A stretch of 64,000 bases of DNA from NCBI GenBank assembly GCA_027371715.1, contig DAHXMM010000021.1, positions 18,923 through 82,922 on the forward strand, given 5' to 3'. The notes beneath the pieces were generated by a model. It did not search any database and had not been told where the DNA came from. It was given only the letters and a program-made list of their open reading frames with translations. This document shows positions 8,890 to 18,319 of the stretch, in pieces (within the stretch, counting starts at the first letter, position 1; every line of letters begins with the position of its first letter). A program made the position numbers and the translations under genes. This stretch comes from Elusimicrobiota bacterium (GTDB taxonomy: Bacteria > Elusimicrobiota > Elusimicrobia > UBA1565 > UBA9628).

Positions 8890-8999
8890 GGTTTCCTTCC
8901 GTGCGAACTTTTGAACCAACCATTTCTGACCGAATATAAATGAGGAAATGCCGTTTCCAAATTCTGTTTAAGAGAGTGGCCTCGCTTAGGCTCGGTCAT
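8886..8999 (-). repeat. nuo intergenic spacer element, long form (37-codon mini-ORF between nuoM and nuoN)
   Basis: Near-duplicate of 7406-7519 with the same ATGA overlaps at both ends. Confidence 0.6.
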
Positions 9000-10441
9000 A
9001 GAATAAGCTTCCCCACAGCGGGACCGACGATATTAAGAAGCGGCCCGGGATGAAGACCGATGACAAACATCGGGATGATGAGAAGCCAAAGAAGAGCTTG
9101 TTCCCTTAAATCTAAATCAAAAACCTTTGGGCTCACCGAGGCGGACTTTCTCTCGCCCAAGAAAACAGCCTGAAATGCGGGCAAAAGATAAAAGGCCGCG
9201 ATCGTCACGCCAAAAACGCCGACCACCGCAATCGGCAAGGAGACCTTCGCCATCCCGGATAAAGACATAAATTCTCCCACAAAGCCGTTCAAACCCGGAA
9301 GCCCGATGGAAGCAAAAACAGTCACGCCAAAAAAGAAGGTTAAAGTTGGAGCCTGGGACACCAAATCGCCGAAATCAGAAAGGCCTCTTTTATGAGTGCG
9401 TTCATAAAGGAACCCAACCATTAAAAATAAGGCTCCGGTCGTGAGACCATGGTTAATCAACTGCAAACTTCCTCCGGCAAGGCCTTGCTGAGTCCGGGAG
9501 GCGATTCCCAAAACACAAAAGCCCAAATGCGCAATTGAGGAATACGCAATCAAGCGTTTCAAATCCATCTGCGCCATCGCCGATAGCGCGCCGTAGATAA
9601 CATTGATCGCGGCAAGCCCCCCCAACCAAGGAAGAGCCTTCATCCCCCATTCAGGAAAGGCGGGAAGAAGCACGCGCAAAAACCCGTAAACCCCTACTTT
9701 AAGAAGAACTCCGGCCAAAATAATGGAGCCCGCCGCCGGGGCTTCCGTGTGCGCATCTGGAAGCCAGGTGTGAATGGGCACCAAGGGAATTTTAACCCCA
9801 AAGCCAATCACAAAAGCCGCGAAAGCGAGAATCGCGTAAAGCCCGCTATTGGGAGCTTTCAAAATATTCATGTCCCAGCTCCAAACGCCGGTCGTCTGAT
9901 GATGGAATACAACCAACGCCAGAATTCCCAAAAGAAGAAATAAACTCCCAAAGAAGGTAAATAGGAAAAATTTAATCGCCGCGTGCTTTCGGTTTTCAGA
10001 CCCCCAAAGACCGATGATAAAAAACATCGGAATCAGCATCGCTTCCCAGAAGATATAAAAGAAGAAAAGGTCTTGCGCGAGAAAAACTCCCATCACCGCG
10101 CCTTCAAGAAAAAGAAAAGACGCCCAAAAGCCCGCGGATAAATCTTGTTTCCAGGAAGACAAAAGAGCGATGATGGTCAAAAAAGCGTTTAGAAGACACA
10201 AGGCCCAGGACAAGCCGTCCATGGAAAACGAATAACTAATTCCGTAGGTAAGCAATTTCCCCGGCTCTGAAAGAGAAGCCAAATGCCCGCTCCAGAAACC
10301 CGTTCCGGCCTGTAAAACAAGATAAAATTCCATTGCCGCGCAGATAACCGAAATCCAGCGCGCGCGCACGTTAAAAGCGGGAGAAAGCAAAGTAAACAAA
10401 GCCCCTAAAATCGGAAAAACCCAAAAAAGCGTTAAAATCAT
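8996..10441 (-). CDS. nuoM: NADH-quinone oxidoreductase subunit M
   Basis: WLPDAHTEAPAAGS motif and Mrp-antiporter-like topology. Internal ATG (MILTLF) overlaps the nuoL stop as ATGA. Confidence 0.85.
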   Translation of the reverse strand: MILTLFWVFPILGALFTLLSPAFNVRARWISVICAAMEFYLVLQAGTGFWSGHLASLSEPGKLLTYGISYSFSMDGLSWALCLLNAFLTIIALLSSWKQDLSAGFWASFLFLEGAVMGVFLAQDLFFFYIFWEAMLIPMFFIIGLWGSENRKHAAIKFFLFTFFGSLFLLLGILALVVFHHQTTGVWSWDMNILKAPNSGLYAILAFAAFVIGFGVKIPLVPIHTWLPDAHTEAPAAGSIILAGVLLKVGVYGFLRVLLPAFPEWGMKALPWLGGLAAINVIYGALSAMAQMDLKRLIAYSSIAHLGFCVLGIASRTQQGLAGGSLQLINHGLTTGALFLMVGFLYERTHKRGLSDFGDLVSQAPTLTFFFGVTVFASIGLPGLNGFVGEFMSLSGMAKVSLPIAVVGVFGVTIAAFYLLPAFQAVFLGERKSASVSPKVFDLDLREQALLWLLIIPMFVIGLHPGPLLNIVGPAVGKLIL

Positions 10442-12297
10442 CTCAGCAACCTCAAAAGCATGACGCCTCCGCCTAAAAGTATCCACCACAAAGAGTCATT
10501 CAGGCGTCCGGAAGCCAAGGAAGAAACGCTTTTAGCCGCGTCTTCCGCCCAGGCGGAAGTGTTTTCAATCCACCCATCCCAGGTCTTTTTATCCCAGAAA
10601 ATACCCAACCAATAGCTCACTTCCTCAAAAAGTAATGTTAAAGCCCCAACCAGAGGTTTTACGCCAAAATCGGCGTCAAAACTTTTTTCAACCTGAGGAA
10701 CACTTTTGCGCCACACCCAATCGAAGGAAGACCATTGCATGGTCCAAAGATAAGCCGCCAAAATTCCAAGAGCGGCCATGGAGGTTGATCGGGTAAAAGA
10801 AGACCAGTCAAAGCCCGGAATCGCAATCAAAGGCGAAGTTCCCAGCCATCCGGAACTGACTAAATGATAAAACTGCGTTCCAAACCAGCCGATTCCCAAG
10901 GCTCCCAAAACGATGAAAAAAAGCGGGACGTTCATCATCGGGCCGGCCTCATGCGGGTGTTCCGGCGGATTTTGTTCTTTTCGAGGGCCTAGAAAAGCTA
11001 AAAAGAGCATCCGGAAAATATAAAAAGCGCTTAAAAAAGCGATGGCAAAACCGGCGACGGAAGCCCAGCCTCCGCGCTCAAAAGCGGCGCCAAGAATTGC
11101 GTCTTTACTATAAAAGCCCGCAAAAGGCCAAATCCCGCTCAAAGAAAAAGCCGCTATGATAAAGAAAGCGGCGGTGACCGGAATTTTCTTGAGGAGCCCG
11201 CCGGTCTCATCAACCGACGCGGTGGGTTTATGAAGGGCATGAGCGATGTTTCCGGCGCAAAGAAATAAAGCCGCCTTAAAAAACCCGTGGGTGAAAAGAT
11301 GAAAAACCGCGGATGAAACTTCGCCCAAGCCCAGACCAAAGGCCATAATGCCCAAATGACTGACGGTCGAATAAGCCAAGATACGTTTCAGGTCTTTTCT
11401 TGTGGCCGCGATAAGGCCCGAGAAAACCGCGGTCAAGGCCCCCACCGCCGCAATGGTATTAGGCAAATGCGGAACGAGCGAAATCAGCGGCCACGAACGC
11501 GCCATTAAAAATATTCCTGCCGTCACCATGGTCGCCGCGTGCATCAAGGCGGAAACAGGAGTAGGGCCTTCCATCGCATCGGGAAGCCAAAAATAAAGCG
11601 GAAACTGAGCTGATTTTGCTATCGCCGCGAGAAAAAGAAACCAACCCACATAGGAAATAGCGGGCGAGCCCTTTCCTAAAAGCGGAAACAAGGCGGCAAA
11701 GCGAGTTTGGGCGACAGGATAAACATTCATCAAAATTAAAAGCGCCAGGAAAAAGCCGATGTCTCCCACGCGATTGGTAAAGAAAGCCTGCAATGAAGCT
11801 CGTCTGGCCGAAGCCTTTTGATACCAAAAGCCGATCAATAAATAGGAAGAAAGGCCCACCATTTCCCAGAAAAGATACATCTGAACATAGTTGTTGGCCA
11901 CAACGAGACCAATCATCGAAAGATAAAAGAGATGGAAGGCCAGGAAAAAGCGTCCAAAAGCGGGATCATGTTCCATGTATCCACCGGCGTAAACATGAAT
12001 AAGCCCCCCAACTAAGGAAACCAGACACAACATCATCGCCGACAAGCCGTCCAAGCGAACTCCAAAGGAAACAGACCAAGACCCCAGCGGCATCCATTTA
12101 AAAGGAGAGACGTCTACAACATGGCCGGAATAAACCTGAGCCGCGATAATCGCCGCCGACACTCCCACCACCGCGCAAGAGAGAATCATCGGCCAATGCA
12201 TCCATTCCGGCTTCCTTTTTAAGAGGACGAAATATCCAAAAAGAAGAGCTGAAACCGGAGCGGCGAAAAGGCAGATGACCGAAAGAGGAATACCCAT
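10438..12297 (-). CDS. nuoL: NADH-quinone oxidoreductase subunit L
   Basis: 619-aa antiporter-like subunit with a long C-terminal extension. Conserved WLPDAMEGPTPVSALMHAATMV block. Confidence 0.85.
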   Translation of the reverse strand: MGIPLSVICLFAAPVSALLFGYFVLLKRKPEWMHWPMILSCAVVGVSAAIIAAQVYSGHVVDVSPFKWMPLGSWSVSFGVRLDGLSAMMLCLVSLVGGLIHVYAGGYMEHDPAFGRFFLAFHLFYLSMIGLVVANNYVQMYLFWEMVGLSSYLLIGFWYQKASARRASLQAFFTNRVGDIGFFLALLILMNVYPVAQTRFAALFPLLGKGSPAISYVGWFLFLAAIAKSAQFPLYFWLPDAMEGPTPVSALMHAATMVTAGIFLMARSWPLISLVPHLPNTIAAVGALTAVFSGLIAATRKDLKRILAYSTVSHLGIMAFGLGLGEVSSAVFHLFTHGFFKAALFLCAGNIAHALHKPTASVDETGGLLKKIPVTAAFFIIAAFSLSGIWPFAGFYSKDAILGAAFERGGWASVAGFAIAFLSAFYIFRMLFLAFLGPRKEQNPPEHPHEAGPMMNVPLFFIVLGALGIGWFGTQFYHLVSSGWLGTSPLIAIPGFDWSSFTRSTSMAALGILAAYLWTMQWSSFDWVWRKSVPQVEKSFDADFGVKPLVGALTLLFEEVSYWLGIFWDKKTWDGWIENTSAWAEDAAKSVSSLASGRLNDSLWWILLGGGVMLLRLLR

Positions 12298-12298
12298 A

Positions 12299-12595
12299 TC
12301 AGCCTTTCAACTCCATCAAGGCGTCCGAATCCGGAAGGGTTTTATTTTTTCTCAAATGCAAAATCAAGGAAAGTCCCACCACCGCTTCCGCCGCAGCCAC
12401 GCACAAGATAATTAAAGCCGCAGCCAGCCCATTTGAGTCTTGAAAAATTGAAGCCTGGGCGACCAAGGGAATCAGGGCGGCTGAAATCATAATTTCAAGT
12501 CCAAAAAGCATGAGTAAAAGTTGTTTGCGTAAAATCACCGCGCAAAGACCGGAAACAAAAAGAGCCGCCGAAATTAACCACGCCCAAGGGTTCAT
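12299..12595 (-). CDS. nuoK: NADH-quinone oxidoreductase subunit K
   Basis: 98-aa three-TM protein matching the NuoK family. Confidence 0.8.
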   Translation of the reverse strand: MNPWAWLISAALFVSGLCAVILRKQLLLMLFGLEIMISAALIPLVAQASIFQDSNGLAAALIILCVAAAEAVVGLSLILHLRKNKTLPDSDALMELKG

Positions 12596-13074
12596 GCGCC
12601 TTTCCTTTTCCCCACCAAGGCAAGTCCCGCTAAAAACATCAAAAGAGTCGCCGCCTCCGTTGCCGGAGAATAGGCCCCAAACAAAACCGACCCCACAGCT
12701 AAATTATTGGGCACAACCGCAGCCGTTGACAGAGAACCCGCGCCCCCGTGAAAAATCAAAAATAGTTCCACCAAAAATCCGGCTAAAAGAAGGGCCGCGA
12801 CCGGGCGCGGAAGCAAAAAACTCCCCCAAAGAGAACCCGTCGGTTTTGGAAACGCCATGATGACGACCACAACCAAGACCATGACCGCTCCGGCGTAAAT
12901 CACCATTTGCATGAGCCCCAGAAGCGGCGAGCCCGCCAAGGAAAAAAGGAGAGCCACCTGAAGCATGACGCACAAAAGGCACATCGCCGCCGCATAAAGG
13001 GATTTCTGGAAGAGCATGAGAACTGAAAAGAAAACCGCCAAGCCTCCCGCGATTAAGGTCATCCATCCAGCCAT
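12592..13074 (-). CDS. nuoJ: NADH-quinone oxidoreductase subunit J
   Basis: 160-aa membrane protein similar to NuoJ. Overlaps nuoK by 4 nt. Confidence 0.75.
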   Translation of the reverse strand: MAGWMTLIAGGLAVFFSVLMLFQKSLYAAAMCLLCVMLQVALLFSLAGSPLLGLMQMVIYAGAVMVLVVVVIMAFPKPTGSLWGSFLLPRPVAALLLAGFLVELFLIFHGGAGSLSTAAVVPNNLAVGSVLFGAYSPATEAATLLMFLAGLALVGKRKGA

Positions 13075-13146
13075 AGACCTATCTTAGTTTTTTTAAAAAG
13101 AGGGAATCAAATCAAAAATATTTTTCCCGTCTCGAATCTTGGAATT

Positions 13147-14322
13147 TTAATGAATAATGATGAGGGAATCATCATTGGGGGAGGAATTATTATTTTCCCC
13201 GCTATTGGAAGAACTTCTGCGCGAATTTTGCTTAATGGAGTTCGAATCTGAACTATGGGCGGAAGCAGGCTGCGGAGAATTTCCTTCAGGAGAATAAAAC
13301 ATGCTCGAAGGAACTCCTCCCCACTTAAAGGTCAACGAAATTCGGTTGGCCTGACCCAAGGCTCCATAAGGAATGAGCGCGTAGTCGAAACTTAAATCTG
13401 GGCGAGCCACTCCAAAACCGAAAGAAAACCCGGTAAACCCGCCGATGCTGTTAAGCGTATAAGAACTGTATCCCGCGCGCCCGGAAAAATCCCATTGGGA
13501 ATCCCTCCAAACATCGTATTCCGTTCCGACATTAAAATAAGGACTTCCTCCCTCGGGAAAGCCGATATCCAAGGCGCCCAGCCAACGAGGCGTAATTTGA
13601 TAGGAAGACCCCACGTGCATCGCGAACGGCAAGGGGCTTGAGACCTGATCAAAAGTCATCGGCGGTCCCCAGTTGTTTGCCGTCAAGGCCCAGCGAAATT
13701 TTCCATCTAGGTAAAGCGGAGACAAAAGTCCCAAATTAACCGCTTCGCTATTGGCCTGACTGACGATTTCAGACTCGATAAATGAAGCGGAAAGACCCAG
13801 TGAATATCCGGACAATATTCCCGCATTGTCTCCCAAGGGATAGGCATAACCAGCGGAAAGGGCGAGATCATAGGGATTAAAACTCCCGATATTTTGATAA
13901 TTTTGCGTCTCGGCAATCGAACCCGCGGAAAAATATTGCGCCGAAACGCCCAAAGCGCCATTATTGCCCATATTATGGGAATAGGCGCCGTAGTCAAAAG
14001 AAGTGTTCACTAAATACGGGGCGTACATCACGGTCGCGGAATTATTCGGGGTTTGAGTCAAAGCCGCCGGATTCCAATACATCGCCGTCGCGTCGTTAGC
14101 GACCGCCGTGTAAGCCCCGCCCATTCCCATCGCTCTTGCGCCCACTCCAAGATTTAAAAAATCCGCCGTCGTGATTCCATTCGCGGCAGAAGAGAAGTTC
14201 GCGGCAGAGGCAGGAACGGAAAGAAAGAACGGAAAGAAAAGAAAGAAGGGAAAGTAACGGAAAGAACGGGAAACAAAGGAAAGATTTTCGGCTTTGCTTG
14301 CCGTTTCTTTCCGTTCTCTCAT
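13147..14322 (-). CDS. outer-membrane beta-barrel protein, PorV/FadL-like
   Basis: Signal peptide followed by LNLGVGARAMGMGGAYTAVANDATAMYWNPAAL, the hallmark N-terminal block of the PorV / FadL-like OM channel family. The C-terminal aromatic-rich end fits a beta-barrel. Confidence 0.45.
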   Translation of the reverse strand: MRERKETASKAENLSFVSRSFRYFPFFLFFPFFLSVPASAANFSSAANGITTADFLNLGVGARAMGMGGAYTAVANDATAMYWNPAALTQTPNNSATVMYAPYLVNTSFDYGAYSHNMGNNGALGVSAQYFSAGSIAETQNYQNIGSFNPYDLALSAGYAYPLGDNAGILSGYSLGLSASFIESEIVSQANSEAVNLGLLSPLYLDGKFRWALTANNWGPPMTFDQVSSPLPFAMHVGSSYQITPRWLGALDIGFPEGGSPYFNVGTEYDVWRDSQWDFSGRAGYSSYTLNSIGGFTGFSFGFGVARPDLSFDYALIPYGALGQANRISLTFKWGGVPSSMFYSPEGNSPQPASAHSSDSNSIKQNSRRSSSNSGENNNSSPNDDSLIIIH

Positions 14323-14343
14323 TTCTTTCCGTTACTTTCCGTC

Positions 14344-17300
14344 CTATCTCTGAACAGCGACTTTCAAGGTCGTTTCCGTTCCATTGCCGCGCACGAAAAC
14401 AAAATAAACTCCGCTTCCAACCATGCGCCCGGAAGAATTAGTCGCGTCCCATTTAGCTACGCCAGTCGCATCGGCCGTCAAGCGCTTAACGAGAAGACCT
14501 GAGATTGTATAAATTTCAAGGCTAGAATTTGCGGGAAGATTGCTGAAAGTGGTATCGGTGATTCCGCGAGCGGGGCGAATAGGGTTATTGGAAATTTCAA
14601 TTCCTTGAGTCGAGGTGGGCGGAGAAGCAAGCCCCATGATTTCAAAAGTGGAGAAACGATCGGTAGAAGCGGTGATAAGCTCTTGCGAAGTGTCAGAATT
14701 GGAAATCAAAGGAATCCAGGTTCCGACATTCAAATCACAGCGCGCAACGAAAAAATTCTGCGTCTGAACTCCGGGAGGCAAAACGGCATTAGCGTAAGAA
14801 ATAGAAATGGGAACCGCGAAATTAGGCGGCGGTTCGACGCCTGGATTTAAATTGACAGTGATCCCAACCCCTTCATCCGTCATCGTCTTTCCCGGAGGCA
14901 TTTGGCAGGACAAATCCGACAAAGACGGGGTCGTGACCACAACCGTAACCGCTTCATTAAAAGTATTCGGAGGAAAATCAATGGTCGCAAGTCCCTTTTG
15001 CCCCAAGAAAGACACGACTCCTCCGGATGAGTTAATCACCTGCGCGGCCTGGGAAATAGACAAAGTCGCAGTTGAAGCAAGTGAAATATAATCAGGGCTT
15101 AAATCCCAGTTAAGAGCGCCCAAACGCAGATAATAAGTGGTCTCGGGATAAAGATTTGACAAAACGAGAGAATAAAGAGAAGTGTTTTCCGTCAAACTCG
15201 AAGTAACGACCCCGGTAAAATCAGAAGCGGTCGAGGCTTCCAAAAGATATCCAGCGCAATTGGAGCAAATGGCGTAGGACACGCTCATGCTGGAATAAAA
15301 AACCGTCTCCGCCGGGGTATTTGAGTTTTGCGTCAAGGGAGAAGCCAGAGTGACGGCATAAGAAGGAGAATTAAGCGTTCCTTGATTACCCAAGACATTG
15401 ACGGCACCAATCGTCAAGGCTTCCGTCGTATTAGGTGGAAGCCCGGTCAAGGTAAAAGAAGAAACCGAGGTGGGCACATTGGCCAAAAACTCATTAGGCG
15501 AAACCGTCGCGGAATAAACGTTGTAAGAAGAAACGCCGACGACCGGAGACCAGGACCAGGTAATGGAAGAAACGCCAATCATAATCGGCGAAACATTTTG
15601 CGGAGCGGGCAAAGGAGCCAGGGCCTCGATCAAGGCATTGCCTTTAAAAGACCCCCAGCCCGAGGCGTTGTCATAGCCGGTTCCAGCATTGTAAAACCCA
15701 TTATTGCCGCTGGTGATATCGTTAAAGATGACGGAATAGGAAACGCCGCTAGCCAAGGTATAAATAGAGGGGCTCGCAAAACCCAAGGGCGAGAGCCCTT
15801 CGCTCGTTCGCAGTTGATTGATCCGCGCGGTCAAGGCCGCCCACAACGGCGCGGCGCAACTAGTGCCGCCAATCAACGTCGCGTTTCCATTATTGCATGT
15901 CCCACCGATACAAATGCTGTAGGGAGAACTGCTCGGATCGGCGTTCAAGGCCACGTCCGGCACATTGCGGTTGGTCGTGGAATATTCCCCAGAAATCCCA
16001 TTTTGATAACTCGGCAAGGGCCAATTGGTCGAGGGATAATTGGCGACTCCTCCACCGCCTCCAACGCAACTGCTGTTGACAGAACACCCATTATTCCAAA
16101 CCGTTTCGGAAATCGAACCGCCCAAGGTTCCCGACAAACTGGTTCCGCCCACTCCCGTCACATAAGGTTGAGACGCCGGATCATCGGTTAAAAGGGACCA
16201 GGCGTACGATGGCTGCGGAGAAGGGTCCGCAGAGGCGTCATAAGCCCCGTTGTCTCCGGCAGCGGAATAAATGGTTTGCCCTTGAGTTGCCATTTGCTGG
16301 AAAACAATGTTTTCGGAATTCATGAAAGAACTACTGCTCAAATAGGCATCTTCCTCATCAAGACCCCAAGAGGTGCTGATATTTTTGGCCTGGTCCTGGG
16401 AAGCCATTAACGCATAACCGTCAAAAATTCCTTGTTCGCTATTAGGCGCGGTATAGACCAAAATATCCGAGGCGCCGGAAGAAAGAGCGACCATCAATTC
16501 CATATCCAAGGCCACTTCCGTCATGCCGTTATCGCTGGAAGCAAGCGTATTCGTGCAAAGCGCATTTTGGCCGGACCCGCAAAGATTTTGCTGACCATCC
16601 ACCGAAACGAAAGTAATCGGAGTTGGCGGAAGCGAAAACTGTCCCTCATAAAGCGCCGCATCCGACGGGTATCCGCTCCCATTGGTAATATAGCCGTCCA
16701 ATTCCATAAGGGCCAGGGTTTGACCGGATCCGTTGAGAGAATTATTCAAGGAATAAACCGATTCGATATCGACCGGGGCGAGCCCTCCGCCGGGCCCGGT
16801 TCCAGTCAAACTTTTGGGAGACGCGGCGCCGGAAATTTTAGGGCGCGGAAACGCCAAACGCGGCTGATGCGCGCCCCTAAAATTAGAAAGCCCCAAGACC
16901 GCCAAAAGCTGCGGAGACAAGGACGCCGGAATCATCGGTTCCGAATCATTGGCGCGAAAAACTTGGCCGTTGAGGTAGCGGTAATAGTTCAAATGAACGC
17001 CAAAAGCGTTTTGAACTTGTGAAGCCGAACCCACGACCTTGACGACTAAACTATTCGGGTCATCCGGACCGTCAAGTGAAAGGCCCGAGGACTGAGCAAA
17101 AGATTTTAGAGTCTGTCTTTTGAACACCAAATTAAATTTCTGGGCGAATTGGGAAGGCGTCAGGAAATTTCTATGAAGAGGATTTCCTGATTGATAAATC
17201 TGAGCCAAGGTCTGATTCATCAGATTTTGATCGACCGCGATAACCAAACTTAAATGGACGGTTTCTGTCGAGGCAACCGGCGCGATTTTAGATGAGACCG

Positions 17301-17445
17301 CAACTTGAGGCGGGATATGCCCCGTCAACGCGACCAAAGGGCCGGCCGCATGGGCCTGAACAGACAACAAAACGCCGATAATTAGGGACAGTCCCCAATT
17401 AATTATTTCAGCGGGCCTTGGCTTCTTCGTAAATGGGCGTCCCAC
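14344..17445 (-). CDS. secreted S53 (sedolisin/kumamolisin-like) serine peptidase with Fn3-like domains and a T9SS-type C-terminal sorting domain
   Basis: Signal peptide. GGTSCAAPLWAALTARI matches the sedolisin catalytic Ser block (GGTSxAAPxWAG). C-terminus ...WDATNSSGRMVGSGVYFVFVRGNGTETTLKVAVQR matches the Por_Secre_tail / T9SS CTD pattern. Confidence 0.6.
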   Translation of the reverse strand: MGRPFTKKPRPAEIINWGLSLIIGVLLSVQAHAAGPLVALTGHIPPQVAVSSKIAPVASTETVHLSLVIAVDQNLMNQTLAQIYQSGNPLHRNFLTPSQFAQKFNLVFKRQTLKSFAQSSGLSLDGPDDPNSLVVKVVGSASQVQNAFGVHLNYYRYLNGQVFRANDSEPMIPASLSPQLLAVLGLSNFRGAHQPRLAFPRPKISGAASPKSLTGTGPGGGLAPVDIESVYSLNNSLNGSGQTLALMELDGYITNGSGYPSDAALYEGQFSLPPTPITFVSVDGQQNLCGSGQNALCTNTLASSDNGMTEVALDMELMVALSSGASDILVYTAPNSEQGIFDGYALMASQDQAKNISTSWGLDEEDAYLSSSSFMNSENIVFQQMATQGQTIYSAAGDNGAYDASADPSPQPSYAWSLLTDDPASQPYVTGVGGTSLSGTLGGSISETVWNNGCSVNSSCVGGGGGVANYPSTNWPLPSYQNGISGEYSTTNRNVPDVALNADPSSSPYSICIGGTCNNGNATLIGGTSCAAPLWAALTARINQLRTSEGLSPLGFASPSIYTLASGVSYSVIFNDITSGNNGFYNAGTGYDNASGWGSFKGNALIEALAPLPAPQNVSPIMIGVSSITWSWSPVVGVSSYNVYSATVSPNEFLANVPTSVSSFTLTGLPPNTTEALTIGAVNVLGNQGTLNSPSYAVTLASPLTQNSNTPAETVFYSSMSVSYAICSNCAGYLLEASTASDFTGVVTSSLTENTSLYSLVLSNLYPETTYYLRLGALNWDLSPDYISLASTATLSISQAAQVINSSGGVVSFLGQKGLATIDFPPNTFNEAVTVVVTTPSLSDLSCQMPPGKTMTDEGVGITVNLNPGVEPPPNFAVPISISYANAVLPPGVQTQNFFVARCDLNVGTWIPLISNSDTSQELITASTDRFSTFEIMGLASPPTSTQGIEISNNPIRPARGITDTTFSNLPANSSLEIYTISGLLVKRLTADATGVAKWDATNSSGRMVGSGVYFVFVRGNGTETTLKVAVQR

Positions 17446-18301
17446 TCGATCGCGCGTAATCCTGGAAGGTCTGGGTGAGTTTTTTCGTGATAGGCCCCGG
17501 AACGCCTCCGCCGATTAAATGGCCGTCTATTTTAACCGCCGCAACCACTTCCGCCCCCGTTCCGGTCACGAATGCCTCATCGGCCCGGTAAAGCTCATGA
17601 ACGGTGAAAAGTTTTTCCTCAACTTCAAGTTTTAAGGAATTACGAGCCAGTTCAATGACCGCGCTTCTTGTGACTCCGTTTAAAATTCCCGCATAAACCG
17701 GCGGAGTGTAGAGCCGTCCGCTTGAAACATAAAAAATGTTGTCTCCCGTGCATTCGGAAACGTATCCTTGCTGATTAAGCAAAATCGCCTCTTGCGCCCC
17801 GGCCCGCACCGCTTCAGCCCGCGCCATGATGTTCGGCAAATAATTGAGAGACTTAATCGCCGGAGACAATTGATCCGGCGTTCTTTGGCGAATGCTTGAG
17901 GTAATTAACTCGAGGCCTTTGTCATAAAAACTCGGCGGATAAAGCTCGATTTTATCGGCGATGATGATGACGCTCGCGTTTTTCTTGCACTTTCTCATGT
18001 CCAACCCGAGATCCCCGATTCCGCGGGTGATGACCAGGCGAATATAAGCATCTCGAAGCCCGTTCATGCGAAGACTCTCAAGCAATGCCTCTTCGATTTT
18101 CTTAAGCGGCATCGGCAAGGAAAGAAAGATAGCGTTGGCCGATTCCTGAAGGCGTTTTAAATGCTCATCTAAGCGAAAAACCCGTCCATTATAGGCGCGA
18201 ATCCCCTCGAAAACCCCGTCTCCGTAAAGAGTCCCGTGATCGAACACGGAAATTTTCGCGTCTTCTTTCTCATAAAACTCGCCGTCAATAAATACTTTCA
18301 T
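17408..18301 (-). CDS. ilvE: class IV (branched-chain / D-amino acid) aminotransferase
   Basis: GDGVFEGIRAYNGRVFRLDEHLKRL and overall fold-type IV PLP aminotransferase similarity. Confidence 0.75.
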   Translation of the reverse strand: MKVFIDGEFYEKEDAKISVFDHGTLYGDGVFEGIRAYNGRVFRLDEHLKRLQESANAIFLSLPMPLKKIEEALLESLRMNGLRDAYIRLVITRGIGDLGLDMRKCKKNASVIIIADKIELYPPSFYDKGLELITSSIRQRTPDQLSPAIKSLNYLPNIMARAEAVRAGAQEAILLNQQGYVSECTGDNIFYVSSGRLYTPPVYAGILNGVTRSAVIELARNSLKLEVEEKLFTVHELYRADEAFVTGTGAEVVAAVKIDGHLIGGGVPGPITKKLTQTFQDYARSSGTPIYEEAKAR

Positions 18302-18319
18302 CTGACAACCTCTACTCTG

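Noticed and set aside
13075-13146. Candidate sigma70 promoter (TTGATT-18 nt-TAAGAT) directly upstream of nuoJ
   Set aside because: The hexamers and spacing are mediocre and the -10 would sit only about 7 nt from the ATG. It is a plausible operon promoter but is not supported well enough to list as a feature.
14605-16191. Plus-strand ORFs (81 to 287 aa) inside the S53 peptidase gene
   Set aside because: They are Arg-rich antisense shadow ORFs with no domain resemblance. The minus-strand gene is strongly supported.
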